Shown here: positions 44,349 to 55,756 of the stretch, piece by piece
How positions within the stretch are numbered: the stretch's first letter is position 1
Layout: every line of letters begins with the position of its first letter
NCBI GenBank assembly: GCA_035948415.1
Contig: DASZJD010000096.1
Coordinates: 425-64,424 of the forward strand
From: Acidimicrobiia bacterium
GTDB taxonomy: Bacteria; Actinomycetota; Acidimicrobiia; IMCC26256; PALSA-555
Length of the DNA: 64,000 nucleotides
Direction of reading: 5' to 3'
Made by a program: the position numbers and the translations under genes
Notes under the pieces: model-generated
What the model was told of the DNA's origin: nothing
Database searches by the model: none
Seen by the model: the letters and a program-made list of their open reading frames with translations, nothing else

Positions 44349-45934
44349 TGGACTTCCCGATCCTCACCGCCATCATCGCCACGCCGCTGATCGGAGCGGT
44401 CGTCGTCCTGCTGGTGCCGTCGCGACGACCGGAGCTCGTGCACGCGGCGGGGTACGCGTTCACGGTCGCAACGCTCGGCCTGACCTGCTGGCTCCTGGCC
44501 AACTTCGCCACCAAGCAGGTCTTCTTCCAGTTCGTCGAGAACCGTCCGTGGTTCCCGGGACTCGGGTCCCGCTACATCGTCGGCGTCGACGGGATCAGCC
44601 TCTTCATGGTTCTGGCCACCGCGCTGCTCATCCCCGTCGGGCTGCTGGCCTCGCAGCGCTACCCGTCGGCGCGGCCGAAGGCGTACACGGCGTGGTTCCT
44701 CCTGCTCGAGTTCTCGCTCCTCGGGATCTTCCTGTCCCTCGACCTGATCATGTTCTTCGTGTTCTGGGAGATCCTGCTGGTCCCGATGTACTTCCTGATC
44801 TCGGGGTGGGGTCACGAAAATCGGCAGTACGCGGCGCTGAAGTTCTTTCTCTTCACCGCCGCCGGGTCGGCACTCCTGCTCGCCTGCACGCTGATCCTCG
44901 GGTTCCTCCACCAGGCCAGCACCGGGGTCCTGACCTTCGACTACCGGGTCCTCGCGGCCTGGTCGTGGCACGGGCTGTCGTCGACCACCGAGACGCTCCT
45001 GTTCCTCGGTTTCATGGCCGCGTTCGCGATCAAGGTGCCGCTCATCCCCGTGCACACCTGGCTCCCGGACGCGCACACCGAGGCGCCCACCGCCGGCTCG
45101 GTGGTCCTGGCCGGCGTCATCATCAAGATGGGCGCGTACGGGTTTCTCCGCTTCTCGTTCGAGCTGTTCCCGCACGCATCGGTCGACCTGGCGCCGGTCC
45201 TGCTGGTCCTGGGCGTCACGGGCATCCTGTACGGGGCGATCGTCGCCGCGATGCAGAAGAACCTCAAGCGGATCATCGCCTACTCGTCGATCGCCCACAT
45301 GGGCTTCGTCATCGTCGGGATCTTCTCCCTCACGGTGCTGGGGCTCGACGGCGCGGTGTTCACGATGCTCAGCCATCCCTTGACCACCGGTGCGCTGTTC
45401 CTCCTCGTCGGCATGCTCTACGAGCGTCGCCACACCTACGAGATCTCGGACTACGGCGGCGTGTGGCGTCCAGCGCCGATCCTCACCGCGCTCTTCCTCT
45501 TCGCGATGTTCGCCGGGATCGGGCTCCCCGGCTTCTCGGGGTTCATCGGCGAGTTCCTGTCCCTGGCCGGGACGTTCGTGTCGCGCCGGCCCTGGGCGAT
45601 CGCCGGCGCCGTCGGCGTGATCCTCGCCGCCGTCTACATGCTGTGGGCCTTCCAGCGCGCGTTCATGGGCAAGCCGTCGGAGACGACGATGCGACTGCCC
45701 GACGTCGGGCTCCGCGAGGTGTGCGTCGTCGCGCCGCTCCTCGCGGTGAGCCTCTTCCTTGGCCTGTACCCGCGGGCCGCCATCGATCGCATCGAGCCGT
45801 CCATCAAGCGCAGCATCGTGAACCTCGAGCTCAAGACCAACTTCCGCGAGAAGCGGCCGACGGGGTACGCCAAGACGGCGTTGCCCCCGGGCGTCACGAG
45901 CGACGAATCGATCCGCCTCGGTCTGCGGCGATGA
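44348..45934 (+). CDS. nuoM: NADH-quinone oxidoreductase subunit M
   Basis: FFVFWEILLVPMYFLI, VHTWLPDAHTEAPTAGSV. The ATG overlaps the nuoL stop. Confidence 0.9.
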   Translation: MDFPILTAIIATPLIGAVVVLLVPSRRPELVHAAGYAFTVATLGLTCWLLANFATKQVFFQFVENRPWFPGLGSRYIVGVDGISLFMVLATALLIPVGLLASQRYPSARPKAYTAWFLLLEFSLLGIFLSLDLIMFFVFWEILLVPMYFLISGWGHENRQYAALKFFLFTAAGSALLLACTLILGFLHQASTGVLTFDYRVLAAWSWHGLSSTTETLLFLGFMAAFAIKVPLIPVHTWLPDAHTEAPTAGSVVLAGVIIKMGAYGFLRFSFELFPHASVDLAPVLLVLGVTGILYGAIVAAMQKNLKRIIAYSSIAHMGFVIVGIFSLTVLGLDGAVFTMLSHPLTTGALFLLVGMLYERRHTYEISDYGGVWRPAPILTALFLFAMFAGIGLPGFSGFIGEFLSLAGTFVSRRPWAIAGAVGVILAAVYMLWAFQRAFMGKPSETTMRLPDVGLREVCVVAPLLAVSLFLGLYPRAAIDRIEPSIKRSIVNLELKTNFREKRPTGYAKTALPPGVTSDESIRLGLRR

Positions 45935-47418
45935 GACCACCGATCCTGCACCCGACCGTCAACTGGCTGGCGGTGTCGCCCGAGATCGCGCTCGGTGCCG
46001 CCGGCGTGGTCATCGTGATGCTGCGCGGCGTCCTGCGGCGACGCGCCCTCACCACGCCGCTCTGCGTGATCGTCGCGATCTCCGGGACCGTGGCCGCCGG
46101 CGCCGTGGAGTACCGGCTCTGGCACCTGCTCCGGCACCACCACGCCATCACGACCGTCGCCGGGATGGTGCGGGTCGACCTCTTCGGCGTGTTCCTCGGC
46201 GTGGTCGTCCTCGCCGCCACCATCCTGGCGATCCTGCTGTCGGTGGCATACCTGGGCCGTGAGGGCCTCGAGGCACCCGAGTACCTGGCGCTCATCCTGC
46301 TCTCCGCCGCCGGGATGCTGGCGATGACCACGGCCAACGACCTCATCGTCGTGTTCCTCGCGCTCGAGGTCCTCTCGATCCCGCTCTACGTGCTCGCCGC
46401 CTTCGACCGTCGACGGCTGAGCTCCCAGGAAGCCGGGATGAAGTACTTCGTGCTCGGGTCGTTCTCGTCGGCGATCTTCCTCTACGGCGTCGCGCTCACG
46501 TACGGCGCGACGGGCACGACGTCGCTGACCGGGATCGCCAGCTTCCTGTCTCGCAACACGCTGCTCGACCAGGGCACCCTCCTGGCGGGGATCGCCCTGC
46601 TCCTCGTCGGGCTCGGTTTCAAGGTCGCGGCCGTCCCCTTCCACATGTGGACACCCGACGTGTACCAGGGCGCGCCGACGCCGGTGACGTCCTTCATGTC
46701 GGCGGCGACGAAGGCCGCCGGCTTCGCCGCGTTGCTGCGCGTCTTCGGCGTCGCCTTCCCGCTCTACCGGAGCGACTGGCGCCCCGCGGCCTGGGCCCTC
46801 GCGGTGCTGTCCCTCGTCGTCGGCAGCGTCGCCGCCGTGATCCAGACCGACGTGAAGCGCATCCTGGCCTACTCCTCGATCGCGCACGCCGGGTACGTGC
46901 TCATCGGCTTCCAGACCGGCACGTCGCGGGGCCGGGAGGCGTCGCTGCTCTACCTGTTCGTCTACGCCTTCATGACCGTCGGCGCCTTCGCCGTCATCAC
47001 CGTGGCCGCCCGCCGCGGCGACGACCACCACTCGCTCGACGACTACCGAGGCTTGGCGCTCGACCGGCCCGTCGTCGGGGGGCTCCTGATCTTCTTCGTG
47101 CTCGCCCAGGCCGGCGTGCCGTTCACCGGCGGCTTCATCGCCAAGCTCGAGGTGTTCAGCGCCGCCGCCCAGGCCAACCAGTACGGGCTGCTCGTGATCG
47201 GGGTCCTGGCCGCGGTGGTCGCCGCCTTCTTCTACCTCCGCATCGCGTTCACCCTGCTCACTCCCGGGCCCGAGCCGGCGAGCTCGAGCGCCGGGCTCCG
47301 TCGCGTCGACGTGTGGAGCGGGGCCGTGCTCCTCGCCTGCGCCGCGCTCGTGCTCGTCGTCGGTGTCCTCCCCGGGGCGTTCGTGCACTGGGCGCGCGAC
47401 GCGACGTTCCTCCTCTGA
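45931..47418 (+). CDS. nuoN: NADH-quinone oxidoreductase subunit N
   Basis: [36 protein letters not shown] overlap. Confidence 0.9.
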   Translation: MRPPILHPTVNWLAVSPEIALGAAGVVIVMLRGVLRRRALTTPLCVIVAISGTVAAGAVEYRLWHLLRHHHAITTVAGMVRVDLFGVFLGVVVLAATILAILLSVAYLGREGLEAPEYLALILLSAAGMLAMTTANDLIVVFLALEVLSIPLYVLAAFDRRRLSSQEAGMKYFVLGSFSSAIFLYGVALTYGATGTTSLTGIASFLSRNTLLDQGTLLAGIALLLVGLGFKVAAVPFHMWTPDVYQGAPTPVTSFMSAATKAAGFAALLRVFGVAFPLYRSDWRPAAWALAVLSLVVGSVAAVIQTDVKRILAYSSIAHAGYVLIGFQTGTSRGREASLLYLFVYAFMTVGAFAVITVAARRGDDHHSLDDYRGLALDRPVVGGLLIFFVLAQAGVPFTGGFIAKLEVFSAAAQANQYGLLVIGVLAAVVAAFFYLRIAFTLLTPGPEPASSSAGLRRVDVWSGAVLLACAALVLVVGVLPGAFVHWARDATFLL

Positions 47419-47479
47419 CCGCCGACCGGTCCGGCTCGACGCCGCCGACCGTAGGCTGACCCGGGCGATCGGAGGCCGA

Positions 47480-49102
47480 TTGACCAGCATCGCCGACAGC
47501 GCCGAGTGGCGGGCCCTGGCCCGCAACCACGAGCAGCTGCGCGACGTCCACCTCCGCCAGCTGTTCGCCGACGACCCGAGCCGTGGCGAGACGATGGCGC
47601 TGGAGCTCGACGACCTGTACCTCGACTACTCGAAGAACCGGCTCACGCCCGAGACGATGACGCTGCTCGCGGCCCTGGCTCGGCGGGCCGGCGTGGAGCA
47701 GCTTCGGGACGCCATGTTCGCGGGCGAGCCGATCAACGTCACCGAGCGGCGGTCGGTGCTGCACATCGCGCTGCGGGCGCCGAGGGGCGAGCAGATCTTC
47801 GTCGACGGCGTCGACGTCGTCCCGGCAGTCCACCGCGTGCTCGACCGCATGGCCGCGTTCGCCGACCAGGTCCGCGCCGGGACCTGGACCGGCCACACCG
47901 GCCGCCGGATCCGCAACGTCGTCAACGTGGGCATCGGCGGCAGCGACCTGGGGCCCCGCATGGCGTACGAGGCGCTCCGGGACTTCAGCGACCGCTCGCT
48001 CAGGTTCCGATTCGTGTCGAACGTCGACGACACCGACTTCTTCGAGGCCACCCGAGAGCTGGACCCAGAGGAGACGCTGTTCGTCATCTCGTCGAAGACC
48101 TTCACCACCCTCGAGACCATGACGAACGCGCGCACGGCCCGCGAGTGGGCCCTGGCGAGCCTCGGCGACCCGGCCGCCGTCGCGAGGCACTTCGTGGCCG
48201 TGTCCACGAACCGGGCCGAGGTGGCCAAGTTCGGGATCGACCCCGCCAACATGTTCGAGTTCTGGGACTGGGTCGGCGGCCGCTACTCCTACGACTCGGC
48301 CATCGGGCTGTCGCTGATGGTCGCGGTCGGCCCGGCCGCCTTCCGCGACATGCTCGACGGGCTCCACCGCATCGACGAGCACTTCCGCACCGCACCGATC
48401 GAGCGGAACCTCCCGATGACCCTCGGGCTGATCGGGATCTGGTACGACAACCTCTTCGGGGCCGAGACCGTCGCGATCCTCCCGTACGACCAGTACCTGT
48501 CACGGCTGCCCGACTACCTCCAGCAGCTCGACATGGAGAGCGACGGCAAGTCCGTGCAACGCGACGGGCAGCCGGTCGAGTGGCAGACCGGGCCGATCCT
48601 CTGGGGCCAGCCGGGCACGAACGGTCAGCACGCGTACTACCAGCTCATCCACCAAGGCACGAAGCTCATCCCGTGCGACTTCATCGGCTTCTGCCGTCCT
48701 CGTCACCACCTCGGCGACCACCACCGGCTCTTGATGGCCAACCTGTTCGCGCAGCCGCAGGCGCTCGCGTTCGGGAAGACGGCCGAGGAAGTCCGCGCCG
48801 AGGGCGTCCCGCCGTACCAGGTCCCGCACCGGACCTTCGCCGGCAACCACCCCACGAACACGATCCTCGTCACCGAGCTGACCCCGAACACGCTCGGGCA
48901 GCTCATCGCGCTGTACGAGCACAAGGTGTTCGCCCAGGGCGCGATCTGGAACATCAACTCCTTCGACCAGTGGGGCGTGGAGCTGGGGAAGGAGCTCGCG
49001 CGCGCGATCGTGCCGGACCTGGACGCCGAAGCCAGCACGACGTTGCACCACGACTCGTCGACGAACGAGCTGATCCGCCGCTACCGAGGTCGGCTCCGGT
49101 GA
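47480..49102 (+). CDS. pgi: glucose-6-phosphate isomerase
   Basis: TTG lies 4 nt after GGAGG. Motifs [32 protein letters not shown]. Confidence 0.9.
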   Translation: MTSIADSAEWRALARNHEQLRDVHLRQLFADDPSRGETMALELDDLYLDYSKNRLTPETMTLLAALARRAGVEQLRDAMFAGEPINVTERRSVLHIALRAPRGEQIFVDGVDVVPAVHRVLDRMAAFADQVRAGTWTGHTGRRIRNVVNVGIGGSDLGPRMAYEALRDFSDRSLRFRFVSNVDDTDFFEATRELDPEETLFVISSKTFTTLETMTNARTAREWALASLGDPAAVARHFVAVSTNRAEVAKFGIDPANMFEFWDWVGGRYSYDSAIGLSLMVAVGPAAFRDMLDGLHRIDEHFRTAPIERNLPMTLGLIGIWYDNLFGAETVAILPYDQYLSRLPDYLQQLDMESDGKSVQRDGQPVEWQTGPILWGQPGTNGQHAYYQLIHQGTKLIPCDFIGFCRPRHHLGDHHRLLMANLFAQPQALAFGKTAEEVRAEGVPPYQVPHRTFAGNHPTNTILVTELTPNTLGQLIALYEHKVFAQGAIWNINSFDQWGVELGKELARAIVPDLDAEASTTLHHDSSTNELIRRYRGRLR

Positions 49103-49668
49103 GCGGGACCGCGCCGCAGCTGTGGCTCATCCGTCACGGCGTGACCGAGTGGAGCGAGACCGGGCGCCACACAGGCCGCACCGACGTTCCGCTGCTGCCG
49201 CGGGGCGAGGAGCAGGCGCGTGCGCTCATGCCGCGCCTCTGCGACCACGACTTCGCGCTCGTGCTCACCAGCCCGCGGCAGCGAGCGCGCGTCACGGCCC
49301 GCCTCGCCGGCTACCCGAACGCCGAGGTCGACGACGACCTGCGCGAGTGGGACTACGGCGAGTACGAGGGTCGGACCACGGCCGAGATCCGCGAGACCAT
49401 CCCGGGCTGGACGATCTGGACCGGCGAGGCACCGGGCGGCGAGACGGTCGCCCAGGTCCAGGCCCGAGTGCAGCGGGTCATCCGCCGCTGCGAGGACGGG
49501 GACGGCGACGCGCTCCTCTTCGCCCACGCCCACGTCCTCCGGGTGCTCACCGCGGTGTTCCTCGGCTTCGGGCCCCGGGCCGGTGCGCAGTTCGCGCTCG
49601 GGACCGCGACCGTCAACGTGCTCGGCCACGAGCGCGAGTACCGGGCCCTGCGGGCCTGGAACGCCTGA
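49099..49668 (+). CDS. histidine phosphatase (phosphoglycerate-mutase-like) family protein
   Basis: [12 protein letters not shown] (RHG motif), second catalytic His in [12 protein letters not shown] overlap with pgi. Confidence 0.8.
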   Translation: MSGTAPQLWLIRHGVTEWSETGRHTGRTDVPLLPRGEEQARALMPRLCDHDFALVLTSPRQRARVTARLAGYPNAEVDDDLREWDYGEYEGRTTAEIRETIPGWTIWTGEAPGGETVAQVQARVQRVIRRCEDGDGDALLFAHAHVLRVLTAVFLGFGPRAGAQFALGTATVNVLGHEREYRALRAWNA

Positions 49669-50541
49669 TCAGCCCCGCCGCCACCACCGCCGACGGGCCC
49701 GCCGGCCGCCACCAGCGTCGTAGTCGTCGAGGGCTTGGAGGGCGAGCTTGTGGGCCTCGCGGATCAGCGCCTCGCCACCCGAGTAGTCGAAGAACTCGCG
49801 GTCGTCGGGAGGCGCGGGAAGCACCACGACGTCGACGTCGGCCGGCACCCACCGCAGCTCGAGCTCGAAGCGCTGGTCCCGGGAGATGGCGAAGGCGCGA
49901 ATGGCCACGTCCAGCGGAGAGCGGATGGGGCGGTCGGCGATCGGGTCCGACACGTCGAGCACGAAGATCCGATTCACCGGTCCCGCCAGCGCGTGTGAGA
50001 TCGGCACCAGGTTCACGACGGCGCCGTCCACGAGCCGGTGCCCGTTCAGCTGCACCGGCGGGAAGACGCCGGGGATCGCCGCGCTCGCCAGCAGCGCCGG
50101 CGCGACCGGGCCGGCCACGACGACGATCTCGTCCCCGGTGTCGAGATCGGTCGTGACGACGCGGAGCGGCACCTCGAAGTCGGCGAACTCCCGTGCCGGC
50201 TCGGTCGCTCGCGTGACCAACTGGAGCAGCCCGTCGTTCGGGGTCAGGTGGTCGTCGCGGCGCAGCACGTTCCAGGCTCGCTGCAGCGTCCCGCCCGGGA
50301 AGATCTGCTCGCCGGTCAGCCCCAGCCAGATCTGCTCGAGCCCGTCCACGACCTCCGGGGTCGGAGCCCGAGCGATCGCCGCCGCGTTCAGCGCCCCCGC
50401 CGAGGTCCCGATCAGGACGTCGGGCGTGATGCCGCGTTCGAGCAGCGCGCGCAGCATGCCGACCTGGGCCACACCTTGGTTGGCGCCGCCCGACAGGACG
50501 AAGGCGGTCACCGGACCACCTTGGCTTCGCGCTCGTCGCAT
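49669..50541 (-). CDS. patatin-like phospholipase
   Basis: VLSGGANQG (oxyanion hole), GTSAGALNA (G-x-S-x-G), LVDGAVVN (catalytic Asp). ATG 50541 within tracked ORF 49669..50592. Confidence 0.8.
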   Translation of the reverse strand: MRRARSQGGPVTAFVLSGGANQGVAQVGMLRALLERGITPDVLIGTSAGALNAAAIARAPTPEVVDGLEQIWLGLTGEQIFPGGTLQRAWNVLRRDDHLTPNDGLLQLVTRATEPAREFADFEVPLRVVTTDLDTGDEIVVVAGPVAPALLASAAIPGVFPPVQLNGHRLVDGAVVNLVPISHALAGPVNRIFVLDVSDPIADRPIRSPLDVAIRAFAISRDQRFELELRWVPADVDVVVLPAPPDDREFFDYSGGEALIREAHKLALQALDDYDAGGGRRARRRWWRRG

Positions 50542-50672
50542 CTGGCCTCCAGGTCGACTCCCTGCATCGTCGCGCGGCGACGCTCGCGCCACGTTGGTTC
50601 AGGGAATGCCGATGCCCGCTGATAGCCTCCGGCTCCGGTGAAGTCCCGGGGGATCGAGAGGGCCGGTTCGCA

Positions 50673-51035
50673 GTGACCGAGTTCTACCGCCAGTATCTCG
50701 CCGTCGCTGTGCTCATCGGGGCCGCCGGCCTGATGTTCGGGGCCATGCTCGGCGTGGGCCGGCTCCTGCGGCCGACGCGACCCCAGCCGGAGAAGTTCAT
50801 CACCTACGAGGCCGGCTCGGACCCCGTGGGCGGGTGGGGCCAATCGAACGTCCGCTACTACGTCTACGCGCTCCTCTTCGTCATCTTCGACGTCGAGGCG
50901 GTGTTCGTGTTCCCCTGGGCGGTCGACCTGAAGACGCTCGACACCTTCGGGCTCATCGAGATGACGATCTTCATCGTGGTCCTGACCCTCGGGCTCGTCT
51001 ACGCCTGGCGCAAGGGGGTGCTCCGATGGGCCTGA
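50673..51035 (+). CDS. nuoA2: NADH-quinone oxidoreductase subunit A, second copy
   Basis: 120 aa with GTG start; [21 protein letters not shown]. Confidence 0.9.
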   Translation: MTEFYRQYLAVAVLIGAAGLMFGAMLGVGRLLRPTRPQPEKFITYEAGSDPVGGWGQSNVRYYVYALLFVIFDVEAVFVFPWAVDLKTLDTFGLIEMTIFIVVLTLGLVYAWRKGVLRWA

Positions 51036-51541
51036 TGGACCGCGGCCACCTGCCGAAGCCCCTGACGTGGCTCCTGAACTACAGCCGCAAGTACTCGCTC
51101 TGGATGTTCCAATGGGGTCTGGCCTGCTGCGCCATCGAGATGGGCGCGGCGCTCGCCAGCCCGCGGTACGACGTGATGCGCCTCGGGGTCATTCCCTTCC
51201 CGGCCAGCCCTCGTCAGGCCGACCTGGTCGTCATCTCCGGCACCGTCACCGACAAGATGTCGCCGTCGATCAAGCGGCTCTACGAGCAGATCCCCGACCC
51301 GAAGTACGTCATCTCCATGGGCTCGTGCGCCAACTGCGGGGGCCCGTACTGGGACTCGTATTCGGTGACGAAGGGCGTCGACCAGGTGATCCCGGTCGAC
51401 GTGTACGTGCCCGGCTGCCCGCCGCGGCCCGAGGCCCTGCTCCAGGGGATTGTGCTGCTCCAGGAGCGGATCCAGCTCGAGGGCGTCGGCAACGACGAGC
51501 TCGAGAAGCGTTGGCGTGGGGAGCCGATCGTCGTTGGCTGA
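51026..51541 (+). CDS. nuoB2: NADH-quinone oxidoreductase subunit B, second copy
   Basis: [31 protein letters not shown]. Start is ATG 51026 or ATG 51035 (the latter overlaps the nuoA2 stop). Confidence 0.9.
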   Translation: MGLMDRGHLPKPLTWLLNYSRKYSLWMFQWGLACCAIEMGAALASPRYDVMRLGVIPFPASPRQADLVVISGTVTDKMSPSIKRLYEQIPDPKYVISMGSCANCGGPYWDSYSVTKGVDQVIPVDVYVPGCPPRPEALLQGIVLLQERIQLEGVGNDELEKRWRGEPIVVG

Positions 51542-52226
51542 GGAGGCTGCCACCGAGGCGACCGAGGAGCCGGCGGCCCCCGACCCCGACCACGAGACGA
51601 TGCTCGACGCGCTGCGAGCCGGGCTCGGTGCGGACGCGATCGTGGATCACGCCGCGGTGTTCGGGGACCTCGTCGTGCGGGTGGCGCCGAGCGCCTGGAG
51701 CGAGGCGGCCGCGGTCGCTCAGGGTGACCTCGGCTGCGACTACCTCTCGTTCATCGCCGGGATCGACTGGGAGCCGGCGCCGAGGGAGGGTGACGAGGCC
51801 GGTGGCGACACGTCGGCGCCGGTGCAGCCGACCGAGCGGACCTACGGCGCCGCCGGCTCGGCCGGGCGGCTCCAGGTGTTCGCGCACGTCGAGTCGACGA
51901 CCGGGCCGCGTGGCCTCACCCTGAAGACCGACGTCGACGAGGCCGCGCCGTCCGTGGCCTCCTGGGTGCCGGTCTACCCCGGCGCGGACTGGCACGAGCG
52001 CGAGTGCTGGGAGATGTTCGGCGTCGTCTTCGAGGGGCACCCCTCGCTCCGGCACCTCTACCTCCCGAGCGAGTTCGAGGGTCACCCGCTGCGCAAGGAC
52101 TTCCCCCTGCTGGCCCGGGTCGTCAAGCCCTGGCCCGGGCTCGTCGACGTCGAGGCCATGCCCGGGGAGGGCGAGCCCACGGCGGTCGACGCCGGTGCCG
52201 CGCCCGAGGGCGAGGGCGCGTCGTGA
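51534..52226 (+). CDS. nuoC2: NADH-quinone oxidoreductase subunit C, second copy
   Basis: [36 protein letters not shown]. Acidic N-terminus, an internal ~35-aa insertion and an acidic tail. Start is uncertain (TTG 51534 or GTG 51516). Confidence 0.8.
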   Translation: MAEEAATEATEEPAAPDPDHETMLDALRAGLGADAIVDHAAVFGDLVVRVAPSAWSEAAAVAQGDLGCDYLSFIAGIDWEPAPREGDEAGGDTSAPVQPTERTYGAAGSAGRLQVFAHVESTTGPRGLTLKTDVDEAAPSVASWVPVYPGADWHERECWEMFGVVFEGHPSLRHLYLPSEFEGHPLRKDFPLLARVVKPWPGLVDVEAMPGEGEPTAVDAGAAPEGEGAS

Positions 52227-53407
52227 GCACCACCGGGACGCCGCCAGTCTCGGGCCTCGCGGTCGAGCGGTCCTCGCTGCGCCACCTCGCCGACGCCCAG
52301 GTCAACGTCGAGCTCGACACCGGCGACATGATCCTGAACCTCGGGCCCCAGCACCCGGCGACGCACGGCACGCTGCGCATCGTGGTCCGGCTCGACGGCG
52401 AGCGGGTCGTGAGCGCAGACCCGGTGATCGGCTACATGCACCGTGGCTACGAGAAGCTCACCGAGTTCCGGACCTATCCGCAGATCACGACGCTCATCAA
52501 CCGCATCGACTGGCTCTCCAGCTTCGCCAACGAGGTCCCCTTCATGGCCGCGGCCGAGGCCTTGATGGGCGTCGAGGCGCCGGCCCGGGCCGTCTACATC
52601 CGGACCGTCCTCACCGAGCTGTCGCGGATCGCCACGTTCCTGCTCTTCCTGGGCGAGATGGGGCTCCAGGTCGGCGCGCTCACCCCCGCCTTCTACGGCT
52701 TCCGGGACCGTGAGTACGTGCTGAACCTCATCGAGGCCGCCACCGGGGGGCGGTTCCACCCCAACTTCAACCGCATCGGCGGGCTGAAGGACGACCTGCC
52801 GTGGGGGTGGATCGCCGAGTGCCGCTCGACGATGAAGGTCGTCCTCGATGCCTGCGACGACTTCGAGGACCTCGTGCTGAAGAACGAGATCTTCGGGGCT
52901 CGCACCAAGGGCATCGGCATCATCCCGCCGACGGTCGGGGCCGGCTACGGCGTCTCGGGGTCGAACCTGCGGGCCTCGGGCGTGGACTGGGACCTGCGGC
53001 GAGACCGCTCCTACCTCGCGTACCCGGAGCTCGACTTCCAGGTGTGGACCCACCCCGACGGCGACTCGTACTCGCGCTACTGGGTCCGGCTCCAGGAGAC
53101 GCGCGAGGCCGCACGGATGGTGCTGCAGTGCCTCGACCAGATGCCGAGCGGCCCGGTCATGGCGAAGGTGCCGCGCATCATCAAGGTGCCGGAGGGCGAG
53201 ATCTGGGTGGAGACCGAGAACCCGCTCGGTCAGATGGGCTACTACGTGATCTCGAAGGGGGCCACGGGTCCGTTCCGGGTCAAGATCCGGTCGGCATCGT
53301 TCAGCAACGTCTCGATCCTGCCCTGGCTGCTGCGGGGCGTCTACGTGCCGGACGTCATCACGATCCTGGCGTCCCTCTACTTCATCCTCGGCGACATCGA
53401 CCGATGA
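52223..53407 (+). CDS. nuoD2: NADH-quinone oxidoreductase subunit D, second copy
   Basis: [25 protein letters not shown]-terminal end ..[13 protein letters not shown] overlap. Confidence 0.95.
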   Translation: MSTTGTPPVSGLAVERSSLRHLADAQVNVELDTGDMILNLGPQHPATHGTLRIVVRLDGERVVSADPVIGYMHRGYEKLTEFRTYPQITTLINRIDWLSSFANEVPFMAAAEALMGVEAPARAVYIRTVLTELSRIATFLLFLGEMGLQVGALTPAFYGFRDREYVLNLIEAATGGRFHPNFNRIGGLKDDLPWGWIAECRSTMKVVLDACDDFEDLVLKNEIFGARTKGIGIIPPTVGAGYGVSGSNLRASGVDWDLRRDRSYLAYPELDFQVWTHPDGDSYSRYWVRLQETREAARMVLQCLDQMPSGPVMAKVPRIIKVPEGEIWVETENPLGQMGYYVISKGATGPFRVKIRSASFSNVSILPWLLRGVYVPDVITILASLYFILGDIDR

Positions 53408-54441
53408 GCACGCTCCCGACGCTGGCGCTCAACATCGGGTGGGGCTCGACGCTGGCCATCAAGACCGTCGTCATCCTCGCCGTCATCCCCCTTGGCGCTC
53501 TGATCCTCGGGTACGTCTTCCTCCTGAAGATGATGAGCCACATGCAGAGTCGCCTGGGGCCGATGGACCCCGGAGGCTTCCACGGCTGGTACCAGCTCGT
53601 CGGCGACGGCCTGAAGTTCCTCCAGAAGGAGGACGTCATGCCGGCCCAGTCCGACCGGCGGGTCTTCGCCGCCGCGCCGGCGGTGGTGGTGATGTCGACG
53701 TTCCTCGTGTTCCTCGTCATCCCGATGGGCCCCGACCTCGTCGTGAAGGATCTCGACGTCGGCGTCTTCTACGCCCTCGCCGTGTCGAGCCTCTCGGTCG
53801 TCGGGGTCCTCATGGCGGGATGGGCGAGCGCGAACAAGTACGCGCTCCTCGGCGCCCTGCGGGCTGCGGCCCAGCTCATCGCCTACGAGCTGCCGTTGCT
53901 CCTGGCCGTCGTGGGCGTCGTCATCCAGGCCGGCACGATGAGCCTCCAAGGAATCGTCCTGGCCCAGCAACGCGGCTCGATCTTCGGGTGGGGAGGTCTC
54001 GGCGAGCCCTTCGTTCTCACCCAGCTCATCGGGTTCGCGCTGTTCCTCGTCGCGTCGCAGGCCGAGCTCACCCAGACGCCCTTCGACATGCCGGTCGCCG
54101 AGAGCGAGCTCGTCGCCGGCTACATGGTCGAGTACACGGGCTTTCGATTCCTGTTCTTCTTCATCGGCGAGTTCGGCACCGCGTTCGCGTTCGCCGCGAT
54201 CGCGGCCACGCTCTTCCTGGGCGGCTGGGCGATCCCGGGCGTCAGCGGCGACTGGGCGAACATCCTCGGCCCGGCGGTGCTCTTCGCCAAGCTCATGGCC
54301 GTCGCGTTCCTGATGTTCTGGGTCCGGTTCACCTACCCCCGGCTTCGCGAGGATCAGCTGCAGGCGGTGGCGTGGAAGTACCTGATCCCGCTCGGGCTTG
54401 CCAACATTCTCCTGACCGGTGTCTTCAAGGTGGCGTTCTGA
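53404..54441 (+). CDS. nuoH2: NADH-quinone oxidoreductase subunit H, second copy
   Basis: [29 protein letters not shown] overlap with nuoD2. No nuoE/F/G lies between D2 and H2. Confidence 0.9.
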   Translation: MSTLPTLALNIGWGSTLAIKTVVILAVIPLGALILGYVFLLKMMSHMQSRLGPMDPGGFHGWYQLVGDGLKFLQKEDVMPAQSDRRVFAAAPAVVVMSTFLVFLVIPMGPDLVVKDLDVGVFYALAVSSLSVVGVLMAGWASANKYALLGALRAAAQLIAYELPLLLAVVGVVIQAGTMSLQGIVLAQQRGSIFGWGGLGEPFVLTQLIGFALFLVASQAELTQTPFDMPVAESELVAGYMVEYTGFRFLFFFIGEFGTAFAFAAIAATLFLGGWAIPGVSGDWANILGPAVLFAKLMAVAFLMFWVRFTYPRLREDQLQAVAWKYLIPLGLANILLTGVFKVAF

Positions 54442-54935
54442 TGCCGGCGAAGCTGCCCCGCCCGAAGGTCCCGGGTCTCATCGGTGGGCTCGGCGTCACG
54501 CTGAAGACCATGCTGCGACCGGCGGTGACGGTCCAGTACCCGCACGAGAAGGAGTCGCCGGCGCCCCGAGCCCGAGGCGTCATCGCGCTGAAGGAGGAGA
54601 ACTGCACGGTCTGCATGCTCTGTGCTCGGCAGTGTCCCGACTGGTGCATCTACATCGAGGGACACAAGGAGCAGCGGCCGCCGCGCCGTGAGGGAGGGCG
54701 GCCTCGCTCGGTGAGCGTGCTCGACCGCTTCGACATCGACTATGCCCTCTGCATGTACTGCGGGATCTGCGTCGAGGTGTGCCCGTTCGACGCGCTGTTC
54801 TGGAGCCCCGAGTACGAGTACTCGGAGTTCCAGATCTCGCGTCTGCTCCACGACAAGGTCAAGCTGGGCGAGTGGATGGAGACCGTGCCGGAGCCCGAGC
54901 CGCTCGAGGTGGGCGCCGAATCGGGGAAGCGCTAG
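54441..54935 (+). CDS. nuoI2: NADH-quinone oxidoreductase subunit I, second copy
   Basis: [12 protein letters not shown] and [12 protein letters not shown]. Confidence 0.9.
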   Translation: MPAKLPRPKVPGLIGGLGVTLKTMLRPAVTVQYPHEKESPAPRARGVIALKEENCTVCMLCARQCPDWCIYIEGHKEQRPPRREGGRPRSVSVLDRFDIDYALCMYCGICVEVCPFDALFWSPEYEYSEFQISRLLHDKVKLGEWMETVPEPEPLEVGAESGKR

Positions 54936-54941
54936 GCGCAC

Positions 54942-55448
54942 ATGTGGGAGCAGCAGGTCGCCTTCTGGATCCTCGCAGTGGCGATCGCCGCGGCGGGGTT
55001 CGGAGTCGTCCGGTCCCGGAACATCGTCCACGCCGCGCTGTTCCTCGTCGTCGTCCTGGCCGGTGCCGCCGCGCTCTACATCCTGCTCGCGGCCGAGTTC
55101 GTGGCCTGGGTCCAGGTCCTGATCTACATCGGCGCGGTCGTGATCCTGTTCCTGTTCGGCATCATGCTCACCCGCGCGCCGATGGGGATGGCCGGGTCCC
55201 GCCTCGACAACGACCAGCGCTGGGGCGCGGTGGTGGTGTCCCTCTTCGTGCTGGGCGTGCTGGTGACCCTCCTCGTCGACGCCTTCGGAGGCAAGCAGAT
55301 CCACTTCAGCAGCAGGCTCGTCGCGCTGGGCCGGACCGCCACGGTGGGCAAGGACATCTTCCGCGTCTACGTGGTGCCGTTCGAGGTCGTCTCGATGCTC
55401 CTGCTGGCCGCGCTCGTCGGGGCCGTCGTCCTCGCCCGGAAGGACTGA
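54942..55448 (+). CDS. nuoJ2: NADH-quinone oxidoreductase subunit J, second copy
   Basis: [35 protein letters not shown]. Confidence 0.9.
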   Translation: MWEQQVAFWILAVAIAAAGFGVVRSRNIVHAALFLVVVLAGAAALYILLAAEFVAWVQVLIYIGAVVILFLFGIMLTRAPMGMAGSRLDNDQRWGAVVVSLFVLGVLVTLLVDAFGGKQIHFSSRLVALGRTATVGKDIFRVYVVPFEVVSMLLLAALVGAVVLARKD

Positions 55449-55449
55449 G

Positions 55450-55749
55450 GTGGCGCTCAACGAGTTCCTCATCCTCAGCGCGGTGTTGTTCTGCACCGGC
55501 ATCTACGGTGTCCTCGCCCGCCGGAACGGGGTGCTGGTCCTGATGAGCGTCGAGCTGATGCTGAACGCCGTCAACATCAACCTCGTGGCGTTCGCGGCGT
55601 TCACGAAGAACGTGAGCGGGCAGATCTTCGCGCTGTTCGTGATCACGATCGCCGCCGCCGAGGTTGGGGTCGGCCTGGCCATCGTGTTGCTCATCTACCG
55701 GAACCTGCATAGCCCCGACCTCGACGAGATCGATCAGCTGAAGGGCTGA
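55450..55749 (+). CDS. nuoK2: NADH-quinone oxidoreductase subunit K, second copy
   Basis: [26 protein letters not shown]. Confidence 0.9.
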   Translation: MALNEFLILSAVLFCTGIYGVLARRNGVLVLMSVELMLNAVNINLVAFAAFTKNVSGQIFALFVITIAAAEVGVGLAIVLLIYRNLHSPDLDEIDQLKG

Positions 55750-55756
55750 CCGCACC